Notes under the pieces: generated by a model
Seen by the model: the letters and a program-made list of their open reading frames with translations, nothing else
What the model was told of the DNA's origin: nothing
Databases searched by the model: none
Translations under genes and position numbers: made by a program
Shown: one piece after another, positions 11,784 through 22,312 of the stretch
How the letters are laid out: each line of letters begins with the position of its first letter
How positions within the stretch are numbered: position 1 is the first letter of the stretch
Sequence record: SDFZ01000009.1
Length of the DNA: 32,000 nt
Strand: one strand, 5' to 3'

Positions 11784-11879
11784 TCAACGCTTATATTGAA
11801 AATAGGCGGCCATAAGCAAACCTATAAGAGTGATTGGTACAAGTCCTAATACAATTCCTGAAAGTAAGATCTCAACCAT
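11784..11879 (-). CDS. petG: cytochrome b6f subunit 5 (PetG, 31 aa: [31 protein letters not shown])
   Basis: Hand translation of the minus strand shows the conserved [14 protein letters not shown]....Y.QY+R pattern. Confidence 0.88.
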   Translation of the reverse strand: MVEILLSGIVLGLVPITLIGLLMAAYFQYKR

Positions 11880-11883
11880 AACT

Positions 11884-12009
11884 TCATCTAAATCCTACGG
11901 CTGCTTGCCAAACGAAAGCCAATAAAAAAAACAGAATAGGTATAATAGGTAAAATGTCAATCACAGGGGCAAAAATCGAGTAAGTTTCGGGTAGTTGTGC
12001 AATCAACAT
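11884..12009 (-). CDS. psbK: photosystem II protein K (41 aa)
   Basis: The minus strand reads [41 protein letters not shown]. This is the conserved mature PsbK ([24 protein letters not shown]) with a very short presequence. Confidence 0.9.
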   Translation of the reverse strand: MLIAQLPETYSIFAPVIDILPIIPILFFLLAFVWQAAVGFR

Positions 12010-12053
12010 ATTCATATGTATATTATAATAAGAAACAAACATCCACATTGATT

Positions 12054-12242
12054 ATGTCAATAGTGTTGCAATTTTTAGTTGTAGGTTTGATCGTATATTC
12101 TTTCATCTTGATTGTAGCAATTCCAGTAAGCTTATCAACAGTATCAGGATGGTCGAGATATAAATCCATGATGGTCACCGCCTCATTAGGATGGGTGGGA
12201 ATGGTGTTATTAACTGGAATCTTAAACTCTTTTGTGTCATAA
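12054..12242 (+). CDS. psbZ: photosystem II protein Z (Ycf9, 62 aa)
   Basis: MSIVLQFLVVGLIVYSFILIVAIPVSLSTVSGWSRYKSMMVTASLGWVGMVLLTGILNSFVS. This uses the internal ATG of track ORF 11997..12242, whose upstream part overlaps the psbK start. Confidence 0.9.
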   Translation: MSIVLQFLVVGLIVYSFILIVAIPVSLSTVSGWSRYKSMMVTASLGWVGMVLLTGILNSFVS

Positions 12243-12253
12243 AAGACACAAAT

Positions 12254-12325
12254 GCGGGCATAGCTCAGGGGTAGAGCGCAACCTTGCCAAGGTTGATGTC
12301 GCGCGTTCGAATCGCGTTGCCCGCT
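12254..12325 (+). tRNA. trnG: tRNA-Gly (anticodon GCC)
   Basis: GCGGGCATAGCTCAGGGGTAGAGCGCAACCTTGCCAAGGTTGATGTCGCGCGTTCGAATCGCGTTGCCCGCT folds as a cloverleaf with acceptor GCGGGCA/TGCCCGC and anticodon loop TTGCCAA. Confidence 0.92.
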
Positions 12326-12329
12326 AACT

Positions 12330-12414
12330 AGGAGAAGGTGGGATTCGAACCCACGGAATCTCACGATTCAATAGTTTTCAAGACTACCGCAATCAACCGC
12401 TCTGCCACTTCTCC
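12330..12414 (-). tRNA. trnS: tRNA-Ser (anticodon UGA), long variable arm
   Basis: The minus strand reads GGAGAAGTGGCAGAGCGGTTGATTGCGGTAGTCTTGAAAACTATTGAATCGTGAGATTCCGTGGGTTCGAATCCCACCTTCTCC. It has the anticodon loop CTTGAAA and an extra arm. Confidence 0.9.
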
Positions 12415-12426
12415 TTGCCACCTAGA

Positions 12427-12846
12427 TTATCGATCATAAGTGGCTTTTGATGTAAACTTGACTTGTGCTGGATTAACGTTTTTACCTATGGTGGCTTTAA
12501 TTCGACCGACTTGTTCACGTCCCTCATTCACAAGATAAGGCAAGACACCGTCTTTAGGATGTAAGTATTGCACTTCACCACTAGGAAAAATGCGGTAAAT
12601 TTTATAGTCTTGAATTTTGAATTGAGTTCTTAATTGCGTTGCTAAAGCTAAGGCTTGTTCTTTTCTTGCCAAATATAATAAATTGTCTCCGGCATTCATG
12701 GTGGCAGCACCACCTGTTGGCATTTCAAAAACATGTTCTCTATTACTGGACCATGTCATGGCGTATTTTTCTTCTGTTTCAGCACATCTTAGCCAACCTC
12801 CGGTACTTCCTAAAAAATTAGGGGACGGCATCTTAAGATTTAACAT
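12427..12846 (-). CDS. psaD: photosystem I subunit II (PsaD)
   Basis: 139-aa ORF with [41 protein letters not shown] and [15 protein letters not shown]. Confidence 0.95.
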   Translation of the reverse strand: MLNLKMPSPNFLGSTGGWLRCAETEEKYAMTWSSNREHVFEMPTGGAATMNAGDNLLYLARKEQALALATQLRTQFKIQDYKIYRIFPSGEVQYLHPKDGVLPYLVNEGREQVGRIKATIGKNVNPAQVKFTSKATYDR

Positions 12847-12889
12847 AATGAAATGGATCCTTTTCTTTCTTATTATAGCTCTATTTCGT

Positions 12890-13111
<222 letters not shown>

Positions 13112-13115
<4 letters not shown>

Positions 13116-13204
13116 GGTTGTAACCATAAGAGTGCGAATCCCATCCCTAAACCAACCATGACTAACAAAGGGCAGATGATCATAAGAATCAATATTTCAT
13201 TCAT
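13112..13204 (-). CDS. petM: probable cytochrome b6f subunit 7 (PetM/Ycf31, 30 aa: [30 protein letters not shown])
   Basis: Hand translation. The single TM helix carries a GL.(L/M)GF.LL.LQ signature like PetM. It is coupled by an ATGA overlap to petN upstream. The assignment is from memory of the family motif, not from an alignment. Confidence 0.55.
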
Positions 13205-13299
13205 AATCCATTCCTTGCCCAAATCACTAGCGCTAATGATGCACTAAATGTAGCCATAATACAACCCCATGTTATATGAATTAAATCTAGCTCCCACAT
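13201..13299 (-). CDS. petN: cytochrome b6f subunit 8 (PetN, 32 aa: [32 protein letters not shown])
   Basis: Hand translation. The conserved C-terminal pattern TFS.SL.LV.W.R.G. is present. Confidence 0.8.
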   Translation of the reverse strand: MWELDLIHITWGCIMATFSASLALVIWARNGL

Positions 13300-13352
13300 G
13301 CGTCGTGTTTTTATATAATAATACTACTATAACATGAGAATCTCAACTGCAA

Positions 13353-14336
13353 ATGCAAACTCAAACCTTACTTACTCCACGTTTTTATACCACAGATTTT
13401 GAACAAATGGCTAAATATGATATTAGCCTCAATCGATCACAAATCGAAGCGATCGTCAACGAATTTCGTAAAGATTATAATCAAACCCATTTCATACGTG
13501 ATGAAGAATTTGATCAAGCTTGGGGACAATTACCGGCATCTGATCGTCAATGGTTTCAAGAATTTCTTGAACGTTCATGTACAGCCGAATTTTCCGGTTT
13601 TCTGTTATATAAAGAGTTGTCTCGCCGTTTAAGAAACTCAAATCCTTTATTAGCAGAAGGTTTCGCCTATATGTCCAGAGATGAAGCACGTCATGCAGGT
13701 TTTCTTAATAAAGCGATGGCAGACTTTGGAGTTAGTTTGGATTTAGGCTTTTTAACGAAACATCGTGAATATACTTTCTTTCAACCTCGATTTATTTTTT
13801 ATGCTACCTACTTATCAGAAAAGATTGGTTATTGGCGTTACATCACCATTTATAGACATTTAGAATCTCATCCGAAATGGAGTGTGTATCCTATCTTTAA
13901 ATTTTTTGAAAAATGGTGTCAAGATGAAAATCGACATGGGGATTTTTTTGCTGCTATCTTGAAAGCTAAACCTGAATGGTTAACAGGCTGGGGGAGTGAA
14001 TTATGGTGCCAATTTTTCTTATTGTCGGTGTTTGCTACCATGTATTTAAATGATTTACAAAGAAAAGATTTTTATCAATTAATTGGTTTAGATGCGAGAG
14101 CATTTGATATTCATGTGATAAGAAAGACGAATGAATCCTCTGCACGCCTATTTCCAGTTGTGTTAGATGTGGATCACGTAGATTTTTTCCATTTGATGGA
14201 TAATTGTGCATGCGCATATCAACAGTGGCGTGAAACAAAAAACCCTTTCGCATTAGCAAAAGTATGCATCTATTTGCTAAGATTGTATTTGATCAAACCG
14301 GTCAAAACTCAAGCTTTATGGAACACGGTTAAATAG
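13353..14336 (+). CDS. acsF: Mg-protoporphyrin IX monomethyl ester oxidative cyclase (AcsF/Ycf59)
   Basis: 327-aa ORF with [11 protein letters not shown], the di-iron motifs [14 protein letters not shown] and [11 protein letters not shown], and [16 protein letters not shown]. Confidence 0.95.
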   Translation: MQTQTLLTPRFYTTDFEQMAKYDISLNRSQIEAIVNEFRKDYNQTHFIRDEEFDQAWGQLPASDRQWFQEFLERSCTAEFSGFLLYKELSRRLRNSNPLLAEGFAYMSRDEARHAGFLNKAMADFGVSLDLGFLTKHREYTFFQPRFIFYATYLSEKIGYWRYITIYRHLESHPKWSVYPIFKFFEKWCQDENRHGDFFAAILKAKPEWLTGWGSELWCQFFLLSVFATMYLNDLQRKDFYQLIGLDARAFDIHVIRKTNESSARLFPVVLDVDHVDFFHLMDNCACAYQQWRETKNPFALAKVCIYLLRLYLIKPVKTQALWNTVK

Positions 14337-14337
14337 C

Positions 14338-14469
14338 ATGCAAAAAGCAATAAAAAAAAGGTATTCTACTACCAAGGGACACTTAAGACGTAAAGCAGGC
14401 AAAAGTCACTTGTTAGCTAAAAAATCCAGTAGTAGGAAAAGACGTTTATCAAAAAAAGTATATGGTTAG
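14338..14469 (+). CDS. rpl35: 50S ribosomal protein L35 (shortened, 43 aa)
   Basis: Hand translation gives MQKAIKKRYSTTKGHLRRKAGKSHLLAKKSSSRKRRLSKKVYG, matching the basic L35 pattern (TG.G...R..A...HLL..KS..RKR.L.K). It lies directly upstream of rpl20 with an 8-nt overlap. Confidence 0.8.
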   Translation: MQKAIKKRYSTTKGHLRRKAGKSHLLAKKSSSRKRRLSKKVYG

Positions 14470-14791
14470 AGTCAAAAGAGGTAATGTTGCTCGAACACGC
14501 CGAAAAAAAATTCTTAAAGCTGCAAAAGGTTTTTATGCATGTTCAACTTTTCGTGTAGCAAATGAAAGGGTGATGAAAAGTTGGAAAGCAAGTTATATGG
14601 GGCGCAAATTACGTAAGAGGGATTTTCGTCGCTTGTGGATTACGCGTTTAAATAGTGCATTACCAACTAAATATAGTCGTTTTATACATCAACTCAAACA
14701 ACATGACATCGCTTTAAATCGCAAAATGCTTTATCAACTGTCTATTTTAGATCAAAAAGGATTTGAACAATTACGTTCAACGTTGGCGTGA
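14462..14791 (+). CDS. rpl20: 50S ribosomal protein L20
   Basis: MVRVKRGNVARTRRKKILKAAKGF..RDFRRLWITRLN.. Confidence 0.95.
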   Translation: MVRVKRGNVARTRRKKILKAAKGFYACSTFRVANERVMKSWKASYMGRKLRKRDFRRLWITRLNSALPTKYSRFIHQLKQHDIALNRKMLYQLSILDQKGFEQLRSTLA

Positions 14792-15721
14792 GATGGTGTT
14801 CATAGCCAAGTCGAATAATGCATCTTTAGCTTCGCTTGGAGTTAAAGATGCTAAACAGGCAATCGCTGCTTGTACATGTTCAAATGCTAAATCTTTAGCT
14901 TGTTCAATGGCATAAGTAGCTAAAACGAATTGTCTTACTTGATTGGCATCCTGAGTATAACAACATTCTCTTTCCAATAAGGTAACTAAACCTTTTTGCT
15001 GTGTCAGTGCAAATAACAAAGGAGCCGTCAAATTGCCAGTGATGAAATCGGCTCCAATGGCTTTCCCCATTTGAGAAATCTCGCCAGTTATGTCAAGTAC
15101 ATCATCCATAATTTGAAAAGCCAATCCCAAATGCTGACCAAATAAATACATACTTTGACCCATGGTTTCAGGTACACTATCCGCCAGCATACATGTAGCC
15201 TTCCCGCTACATGCCAGCAAAGAGGCGGTTTTATAGAAACTTTTTTCTATATAGGCCGCTAATTCAAACTGAGTATAGAATTGTGTGGATGTTTGCCTGA
15301 TCTCACCCTCTGCTAAATCACTAATCAGCTTGGAGATAAATTTCACCACTTGTAGATGATTTAAATTGGCTAAGTACCATGAGGATTGTGCAAATAAAAA
15401 ATCTCCAGCCAATACCGCAATACGATTACTGAAACGCGTATTGACCGTGTCTATCCCACGCCTTTTAGATGCTTCATCGACTACATCATCATGTAATAAA
15501 CTGGCTGTGTGAATCATCTCAGTAATCTCCGCCAGGCGTTGTTGTGATTGATGAATTGTTCCGATGGCTTGAGAAATTAATAACACAAAAGTAGGCCGAA
15601 TTCTTTTGCCACCAGCTTGGAATAAATGAGCAGCGGCCGCAGATAAAATAGGATGACGCGATTGAATAAGTCGTTGAATATGTTGTTCGTTTTGTGCTAA
15701 CAAGTGAGAAATGAGTTTCAT
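14777..15721 (-). CDS. preA: trans-polyprenyl diphosphate synthase (prenyl transferase)
   Basis: 314-aa ORF with the first Asp-rich motif [15 protein letters not shown] and the second [12 protein letters not shown]. Confidence 0.92.
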   Translation of the reverse strand: MKLISHLLAQNEQHIQRLIQSRHPILSAAAAHLFQAGGKRIRPTFVLLISQAIGTIHQSQQRLAEITEMIHTASLLHDDVVDEASKRRGIDTVNTRFSNRIAVLAGDFLFAQSSWYLANLNHLQVVKFISKLISDLAEGEIRQTSTQFYTQFELAAYIEKSFYKTASLLACSGKATCMLADSVPETMGQSMYLFGQHLGLAFQIMDDVLDITGEISQMGKAIGADFITGNLTAPLLFALTQQKGLVTLLERECCYTQDANQVRQFVLATYAIEQAKDLAFEHVQAAIACLASLTPSEAKDALFDLAMNTISRQR

Positions 15722-16702
15722 ATGAAAAAAGAAGAAGCAATGAAGTTATACAAAGATATGGTCTTAGGTAGAAAATTTGAAGACCAATGTGCTCAAATGT
15801 ATTACAGAGGCAAAATGTTTGGATTTGTACACCTATATAATGGTCAAGAAGCGGTATCAACAGGAGTGATCAAAGCACTTTCGAACGAGGATTACGTATG
15901 TAGCACATATAGAGATCATGTGCATGCTTTAAGCAAAGGAGTGAGTCCAAAACAAGTAATGGCGGAACTGTTTGGTAAACAAACAGGTTGTAGTAAAGGA
16001 CGTGGAGGCTCCATGCATCTATTTTCTGCGCCCCATCGTTTTTTGGGAGGATTTGCATTTATAGGAGAAGGAATTCCTATTGCTTTAGGGGCTGCTTTTA
16101 GTAGTCTTTATCAACATAGCCTATGGAATGAACCTATGAGCGTTACAGCCTGTTTTTTTGGAGACGGCACCACGAATAACGGACAATTTTATGAATGTTT
16201 GAACATGGCTGTGTTATGGAAACTGCCCATCATTTTTGTAGTTGAAAACAATCAATGGGCAATAGGTATGGCTCATCATCGTTCAACTTCAGAAGTAGAA
16301 ATTCATGAAAAAGCGAAAACGTTTGGTTTACCGGCAGCGGAAGTAGATGGCATGGATGTATTAGCTGTACACGAAGTGGCCAAACAAGCAGTGGAGAGGG
16401 CTAGAAGCGCAAAAGGCCCCACCTTAATTGAGGCCTTAACTTATCGTTTTAGAGGTCATTCTTTAGCCGATCCGGATGAGCTGAGAGCCAAACAACAAAA
16501 AGCCATTTGGATGGCTCGTGATCCAATTACCCAGTTAGCTTCTTGGTTAATAGAGCAACAAATGACTACACAAGCCGAGTTACAACAAATTCATCAAGAA
16601 ATTGAATCTTTAATCGAAGAAGCGGTGCAATTTGCACAATCCAGTGAAGAAGCTACAGATTTATATCAATATGTGTATGCAAAAGAAAATCTTTATGTAT
16701 GA
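15722..16702 (+). CDS. pdhA: pyruvate dehydrogenase E1 alpha subunit
   Basis: [48 protein letters not shown].. with the ThDP motif [26 protein letters not shown]. The start is either 15722 or the in-frame ATG at 15704. Confidence 0.93.
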   Translation: MKKEEAMKLYKDMVLGRKFEDQCAQMYYRGKMFGFVHLYNGQEAVSTGVIKALSNEDYVCSTYRDHVHALSKGVSPKQVMAELFGKQTGCSKGRGGSMHLFSAPHRFLGGFAFIGEGIPIALGAAFSSLYQHSLWNEPMSVTACFFGDGTTNNGQFYECLNMAVLWKLPIIFVVENNQWAIGMAHHRSTSEVEIHEKAKTFGLPAAEVDGMDVLAVHEVAKQAVERARSAKGPTLIEALTYRFRGHSLADPDELRAKQQKAIWMARDPITQLASWLIEQQMTTQAELQQIHQEIESLIEEAVQFAQSSEEATDLYQYVYAKENLYV

Positions 16703-17663
16703 AGCGCTTCGTGATGCTATCGATGAAGAAATGGCACGCGATAAGCGCGTATTTGTTTTAGGAGAAGATGTAGGTCATTATGGGGGTTCTTACAAAGTAA
16801 CAAAACATTTACATATTAAATATGGAGATTTAAGAATTTTAGACACTCCCATAGCAGAAAATAGTTTTACAGGCATGGCTATAGGTGCAGCTATGACAGG
16901 TTTAAAACCCATTGTAGAAGGAATGAATTTGAGTTTTCTTCTGTTAGCATTCAATCAAATTAGCAATAATGCAGGAATGTTGCATTATACATCTGGTGGA
17001 AACTGGTCAATTCCTTTGGTGGTACGTGGTCCTGGAGGAATAGGAAAACAACTTTCAGCAGAACACTCACAACGTATAGAGGCTTATTTTCAAGCCGTCC
17101 CAGGGTTAAAAATTGTAGCCTGTTCTACGCCTTATAATGCAAAAGGTTTATTAAAAGCTGCCATCAGAGATGCAAATCCCGTATTATTTTTGGAACATGT
17201 GTTGCTATACAATTTGAAGCAAGAAATTCCAGAAGAAGAATATATTTTACCTTTAGATAAAGCGCAAATTGTGAGAGAAGGCTCAGATGTTACCATCATT
17301 ACCTACTCTCGAATGCGTCATCATGTCATGCAAGCTGTAGAACAACTGTGCAAGCAAGGCATTCATGCGGAAGTGATTGACTTGATAAGTTTAAAACCTA
17401 TTGATATCAATACTTTGATTGTTTCTGTACAAAAAACTCATAAAGCCATTGTTGTAGAAGAGTGTATGCAAACTGGAGGCATAGCAGCAGAAGTGATGGC
17501 GCAGTTGTACTCGTTGGCATTCGATGAACTGGATGCTCCTATTATACGTCTCAGCAGTAAAGATGTGCCTACACCCTATAATGGTCTTTTAGAACAAGCA
17601 AGTTTAGTACAGCCAGATCAAATCGTGTCAGCAGTGAAACAATTGTTAAAAATTCATTTCTGA
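16677..17663 (+). CDS. pdhB: pyruvate dehydrogenase E1 beta subunit
   Basis: [60 protein letters not shown]... I chose this start to match the usual M..(V/I)FM(F/Y).ALR N-terminus. It overlaps the pdhA 3' end by 26 nt. The ATGs at 16671 and 16695 are alternatives. Confidence 0.92.
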   Translation: MQKKIFMYEALRDAIDEEMARDKRVFVLGEDVGHYGGSYKVTKHLHIKYGDLRILDTPIAENSFTGMAIGAAMTGLKPIVEGMNLSFLLLAFNQISNNAGMLHYTSGGNWSIPLVVRGPGGIGKQLSAEHSQRIEAYFQAVPGLKIVACSTPYNAKGLLKAAIRDANPVLFLEHVLLYNLKQEIPEEEYILPLDKAQIVREGSDVTIITYSRMRHHVMQAVEQLCKQGIHAEVIDLISLKPIDINTLIVSVQKTHKAIVVEECMQTGGIAAEVMAQLYSLAFDELDAPIIRLSSKDVPTPYNGLLEQASLVQPDQIVSAVKQLLKIHF

Positions 17664-18512
17664 AGCTTGAACTCTTTCCACTTGTTTTTTCTTGAGCACA
17701 AATGCTAATTGAGCCAAAAACACACTCACACAAAACGCTATTAATAACTTTAAGCGTTGTGGATTTTGTAACACAATTTCTTTTTCAGTTTGCCCAAAAC
17801 CGCCAACATTAGGATCAGCTGTCAAAGGTTGTTCACTGCTAATTCGTTGAGAGGGTTTCACTAAAATGGTGTGACCAACTGGAATAGCTTGATTCACTAT
17901 ATCTCCTTGGTCAGTCTTAATGGTGATCTCATTCTCACGAACTTGTTGAATGACACCGCTTGTGGAAGCTAATACAGCGGCATTATTACTTTTTTGTCCA
18001 TTAGGATATAACTGACCTCGACCACGGTTACCTCCGGCATAAATAGAATATTTAACAAAATGTACTTGTTTGTTAAGTGCTGGATCTGGCGCCTTAATAG
18101 GGAAATGGATTTCACGATTTTTGTCTCCAGGAACTGGACCTATGACAATGACGTTAGGTAATTCATTACTATAAGTGGCAAAATAAGGCGATTGATTCTT
18201 GGGAGATAGAGTAAATCCTTCTGGCAAAATGAGTACTGCTCCAACATTTAAGCCCCCTTGTTGACCATTGGCTAGGATTTGTTTTTGATTCAAATCATAA
18301 TCAATTTTTACTGTGGCCTGAAATTCTTCATTAGGTAAGACTGAAGAAGGAACATCTAATTGAATGGCTTTTTGAGCTAAATGGCAATTAGCACAAACAA
18401 TTCTTCCTGTAGCTTCCCTCGGGTTCGCATAAGCCTGTTGAGCATAAATAGGGTATGCTTGCACGTCTTGAATAGAAAACAGCGCATAAAGTAAAAGCAG
18501 CAACTTATTCAT
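17646..18512 (-). CDS. petA: cytochrome f (apocytochrome f precursor)
   Basis: A signal peptide is followed by the mature [27 protein letters not shown] (CxxCH heme site) and a C-terminal TM anchor. Confidence 0.96.
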   Translation of the reverse strand: MNKLLLLLYALFSIQDVQAYPIYAQQAYANPREATGRIVCANCHLAQKAIQLDVPSSVLPNEEFQATVKIDYDLNQKQILANGQQGGLNVGAVLILPEGFTLSPKNQSPYFATYSNELPNVIVIGPVPGDKNREIHFPIKAPDPALNKQVHFVKYSIYAGGNRGRGQLYPNGQKSNNAAVLASTSGVIQQVRENEITIKTDQGDIVNQAIPVGHTILVKPSQRISSEQPLTADPNVGGFGQTEKEIVLQNPQRLKLLIAFCVSVFLAQLAFVLKKKQVERVQASEMNF

Positions 18513-18527
18513 AAGTTTTTTGAGTTA

Positions 18528-19220
18528 TTATAGACCAAAAATTTTTAACACCAAAATTCCTAAGAGGTAAAGCAAAATCATCACCAACGTCACTAAGAGT
18601 TGAGTTAATCCGGAAGCATCAGGAGTAACGAGAGCAGCCACCGTCACAGATGATAAGACTACATATTTCCAATGAGTTAACATTTGTTGACTATTAATGA
18701 CGTGAAAACGTGCTAATGCAAGTTGCAAAAGAGGTAATTGAAATACCAAAGCACAGCCTATGGAACAAACCCACATAAAATCGATATACGCTTGTAAAGA
18801 CCAGATAGCTTCAACTGCAGGCTGACTAGAGCGTACAAATAAATCCACAGCTGTGGGAACCAGCAGAAAATAGCTGAAAAACATGCCTAACCAAAATAAA
18901 CACACACATAGAATGACTAAAGCAAATAACCAGCGGCTTTCATCTTTCGTTAAGGCTGGCCAAATAAAACGCATGATTTGATAAATGATGAATGGACTAC
19001 TCAAGGCCAAGCCTGCATCTAAGGAAACCTTGACACTTGTCCAAATGATCTCACCAGGCATGAGTTGCAAAAAACGCACTCCTTGAGCAGGTGTTTGTAA
19101 CCATAGCAAAAGATGTTGTGCTTGAGTAAAACAGATCATACTAGCCACAAGCCAGACAGCTAAAGATAATAAACTTCTATATCGCAGTTCTTCTAAATGT
19201 TGTGATAAAGGCATTTTCAT
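18528..19220 (-). CDS. tatC: Sec-independent (Tat) protein translocase subunit TatC (Ycf43)
   Basis: 230-aa polytopic protein. The N-terminus MPLSQHLEELRYR matches the TatC H.EL+.R motif, and there are six hydrophobic segments. Confidence 0.88.
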   Translation of the reverse strand: MKMPLSQHLEELRYRSLLSLAVWLVASMICFTQAQHLLLWLQTPAQGVRFLQLMPGEIIWTSVKVSLDAGLALSSPFIIYQIMRFIWPALTKDESRWLFALVILCVCLFWLGMFFSYFLLVPTAVDLFVRSSQPAVEAIWSLQAYIDFMWVCSIGCALVFQLPLLQLALARFHVINSQQMLTHWKYVVLSSVTVAALVTPDASGLTQLLVTLVMILLYLLGILVLKIFGL

Positions 19221-19268
19221 ATGTTTTGTTACAATTTTTGACTTAAGATGAAAATAGATGAAAAACAG

Positions 19269-19273
19269 AGGAG
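19269..19273 (+). promoter_or_regulatory. Shine-Dalgarno-like AGGAG 6 nt upstream of the apcE ATG
   Basis: The sequence cagAGGAGacagacATG is visible directly. Confidence 0.5.
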
Positions 19274-19279
19274 ACAGAC

Positions 19280-21787
19280 ATGAGTGTTCGTCGTAGCAGT
19301 GGAAGTAGCTTCGTCTCTCCTAAGCTTTATCAAACCGCTTCTTTAAGTGTCATATCCAGCGCTGAAAAACAAGATCGTTTTCCTAGTTTAGGTGAATTAG
19401 ATCAATTGATTACTTATTTAAGATCAGGAGAAAAACGTTTAGAGATAGCTACGAAACTTTCTCTTAATGCCAATACAATTGTCTCTGCTGCCGCCGATCG
19501 AATTTTTGTAGGTGGTTCTGCGCTGTCTTTTTTAGAAAGACCGCAAGCAGCAGTGACCTTGACACCTGAACAAGCATCTGCCACTAGCGTTCAGCCAACT
19601 CAAGTTCGTAGCAGTTTCTGGCGAAATTGGTTCTCAGCAGGGGTAGAAGCAGGATTTAGACCGATCAACGTGGTACGTTATGGCGTATCTAATATGCGCA
19701 AATCTTTGCGTGATTTAGATTGGTTTTTACGTTATGTCACTTATGCCATCATAGCGGGTGATCCAAGTATTTTAGAAGTGAACACAAGGGGATTAAGAGA
19801 ATTAATTGATCAAGCATGTAATAGTGCAGCGGCGTTAGTTGCGCTAAAAGAGATGCGTCGGATCTCGGTATCTTTGTTTCTAACGGACAAAGAGGCAAGC
19901 AATTTAGTTCAAACTTATTTTGATACTTTAATTAATGCTTTCGCAGCTCCTGCTAAAGCTGATTTGATCCGTCGTCGTTCGGCTGTGGATGCTCAAGGTT
20001 TAAAACTGCCATGGATTTATAGAAATAACATAGCTCCACGTTATGTAATGAAACCTAATTTATCCACAGAAGAAAGAAAACAAGTGATTCGCGCTTGTTA
20101 TAGACAGGTGTTTGAACGTGATATTACATTTGCATATGGTTTATCGCAAAAAGAACTAGAATCGAAGGCTTTACAACAGCAATTGAGCATTAAAGAATTT
20201 ATACGTGCTTTAGGAAAATCAGACTTATATAGAAGACAATTTTACCAACCTTTTGTCAACTCACGTGTAGTAGATTTAGCATTTAGACACTTTCTAGGAC
20301 GAGCACCTTCATCTCTAAAAGAATGGAATCAATATTTTGCAGTGGTGTCAACACGGGGTTTGAATGGCTTGGTAGATGCTTTGATAGATAGTAAAGAATA
20401 TACAGATTATTTTGGTGAAGAAACTGTTCCATACTTACGCCAGTTAGGAGAAGAAGCACAAGAATGTAGAAATTGGGGAGCACAAATAGATCTATACAAT
20501 TACAGTGCACCATTCCGTCAAGTGCCACAGTTTGTCACTCTGTATAAAGATTATGAAGAACCACTACCTCAACAGCACGTGTATGGTCGTTTGAATGATC
20601 CATTGCCTATTCGATTTGGAGCGATTTTTGCACAAGAAACCATGTCACGTCCTGTTCATATGGGGAGAGATGTTAGACGCATCCTCATATATCAAGGAGC
20701 TGGTATAAATAATCAAATAGGCACAACCAAACCTTGTGAACTGGCATCAGCTTTGCCAATAGACCGTGTGGAAGCAGATGCACCTATAGAGCGTAAGATT
20801 CAAGCGGCTTATGTTCGCGTTTTTGGACGAGATGTATATCAAGAGCAAAAACAATGGTTAAAACCTTTAGAAAACGAGTTAAGAAGAAAAGCAATGACGA
20901 TGAGAGAATTTGTTCGTCAATTAGCTAAATCGGATGAATTCAGAAACTTATATTGGTCTCGTTTTTATGTATGTAAAGCCATTGAATATATTCACATCCG
21001 TTTATTGGGTCGTCCAACTTATGGTAGAAGAGAAATCAATGAATACTTTGATATAGCATCGAAAAGAGGTTTTTACGCACTGATTGATTCTATGATTGAT
21101 AGCGAAGAATATGTGCGTAATTTTGGAGAAGACATGGTTCCATACGAACGTTATCGCACGAAAGGCGCTATGACCATGAGTATAATTACGAAGAAAGAAG
21201 AAGCCAGATTTATTCAATTGGCACAAGCTGCGAAAGGTTATAAACCAAGAAAACAAGGTGTTCAAAGAATGGCTCGTTATGCATTTGCTATAACAAACGA
21301 AGATCGCCAAGTGATCTTTGAAGCAGCTGTGAGACAAATATTTGAACGCAATATGTGGCAAAGTAAAGAATTGCAAACACTTCAATCTCAGTTTGTCTTA
21401 AGTAACACAATGACGGTCAAACAGTTGATAGAAGCTTTAGCAAGTAGCTCCTTGTATGCAAAAGAATTTTACCAACCTTACCCAAATACACAAGTGATCG
21501 AATTTGCTACCAAACACATTTTAGGAAGGGCAGTACTGAATCAGGCGGAAATTCGTTACTATAATCAAATTCTGGCACGTGAAGGACTACAAGCGATGGT
21601 TTCGCGTATGGTTAACAGTACAGAATATCAAAGCATATTTGGAGAACATCAAGTGCCATATAGAAGATTTCCTACTTTACCAGCAGCTAATTTCCCAAAT
21701 ACGCAACAGCTATATAATCGTTTGACCAAACAAAATCGCAAACTCATCGTCCCAAGTTTTGGAAGTGGTATTGACTTACGTGGCTAA
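19280..21787 (+). CDS. apcE: phycobilisome core-membrane linker (LCM, ApcE) with three linker-repeat domains
   Basis: 835-aa ORF. The N-terminal phycobiliprotein-like domain has LRDLDWFLRYVTYAIIAGDPSIL and a Cys in DQACNSAA. It is followed by three REP/linker domains: YRQVFERD..FRHFLGRAP, YVRVFGRDV..IRLLGRPT and VRQIFERNM..KHILGRAV. Confidence 0.96.
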   Translation: MSVRRSSGSSFVSPKLYQTASLSVISSAEKQDRFPSLGELDQLITYLRSGEKRLEIATKLSLNANTIVSAAADRIFVGGSALSFLERPQAAVTLTPEQASATSVQPTQVRSSFWRNWFSAGVEAGFRPINVVRYGVSNMRKSLRDLDWFLRYVTYAIIAGDPSILEVNTRGLRELIDQACNSAAALVALKEMRRISVSLFLTDKEASNLVQTYFDTLINAFAAPAKADLIRRRSAVDAQGLKLPWIYRNNIAPRYVMKPNLSTEERKQVIRACYRQVFERDITFAYGLSQKELESKALQQQLSIKEFIRALGKSDLYRRQFYQPFVNSRVVDLAFRHFLGRAPSSLKEWNQYFAVVSTRGLNGLVDALIDSKEYTDYFGEETVPYLRQLGEEAQECRNWGAQIDLYNYSAPFRQVPQFVTLYKDYEEPLPQQHVYGRLNDPLPIRFGAIFAQETMSRPVHMGRDVRRILIYQGAGINNQIGTTKPCELASALPIDRVEADAPIERKIQAAYVRVFGRDVYQEQKQWLKPLENELRRKAMTMREFVRQLAKSDEFRNLYWSRFYVCKAIEYIHIRLLGRPTYGRREINEYFDIASKRGFYALIDSMIDSEEYVRNFGEDMVPYERYRTKGAMTMSIITKKEEARFIQLAQAAKGYKPRKQGVQRMARYAFAITNEDRQVIFEAAVRQIFERNMWQSKELQTLQSQFVLSNTMTVKQLIEALASSSLYAKEFYQPYPNTQVIEFATKHILGRAVLNQAEIRYYNQILAREGLQAMVSRMVNSTEYQSIFGEHQVPYRRFPTLPAANFPNTQQLYNRLTKQNRKLIVPSFGSGIDLRG

Positions 21788-21826
21788 CAAGTGGTTTGAA
21801 TTAAGCTAAAAAAAAAAACCACAGTC

Positions 21827-22312
21827 ATGAGTATAGTTACTAAATCAATTGTGAATGCTGATGCGGAAGCACGTTACTTGAGTCCAGGTGAACTAGACAG
21901 AATTAAAAGTTTTGTGGTATCAGGGCAAAGACGTTTAAGAATTGCACAAATTTTAACAGACAACAGAGAAAGAATTGTGAAACAGACAGGTCAACAATTG
22001 TTTCAAAAACGTCCTGATATTGTATCGCCAGGTGGAAATGCTTATGGGGAAGAAATGACAGCAACTTGTCTAAGAGATTTAGACTACTATCTTCGTTTAA
22101 TTACTTATGGAGTAGTAGCAGGTGATGTAACTCCAATTGAAGAAATTGGGTTAGTAGGTGTGAAAGAAATGTATAATTCCTTAGGTACGCCAATATCTGC
22201 AGTAGCTGAAGGGGTTCGTTGCATGAAAAATGTGGTATCTACATTATTGTCCGGCGAAGATGCAGCGGAAGCTAATTTTTATTTTGATTACACCATAAAT
22301 GCAATGCAATAA
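21827..22312 (+). CDS. apcA: allophycocyanin alpha subunit
   Basis: [52 protein letters not shown]; 161 aa. Confidence 0.97.
   Translation: MSIVTKSIVNADAEARYLSPGELDRIKSFVVSGQRRLRIAQILTDNRERIVKQTGQQLFQKRPDIVSPGGNAYGEEMTATCLRDLDYYLRLITYGVVAGDVTPIEEIGLVGVKEMYNSLGTPISAVAEGVRCMKNVVSTLLSGEDAAEANFYFDYTINAMQ

Noticed and set aside
12023-12364. 113-aa minus-strand ORF
   Set aside because: It runs antisense through psbZ and straight across trnG and trnS(UGA), so it is an artefact of the absence of stop codons.
15519-15860. 113-aa minus-strand ORF spanning the preA/pdhA junction
   Set aside because: It is out of frame with preA and antisense to pdhA, has no motifs, and is fully explained by the two known genes.
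19280-21787. The three internal ~120-aa repeats in apcE as a DNA-level repeat or mobile element, and the antisense ORFs 20283..20528 and 21002..21385
   Set aside because: The repeats are the normal, divergent REP/linker domains of the core-membrane linker and are similar only at protein level. The antisense ORFs have no support.
21788-21826. gtggttt..(A11)..aaaccac inverted repeat between apcE and apcA as a terminator or processing site
   Set aside because: The stem is only 7 bp with an 18-nt A-rich loop and no T-tract, so it is too weak to call. apcE-apcA are most simply co-transcribed.
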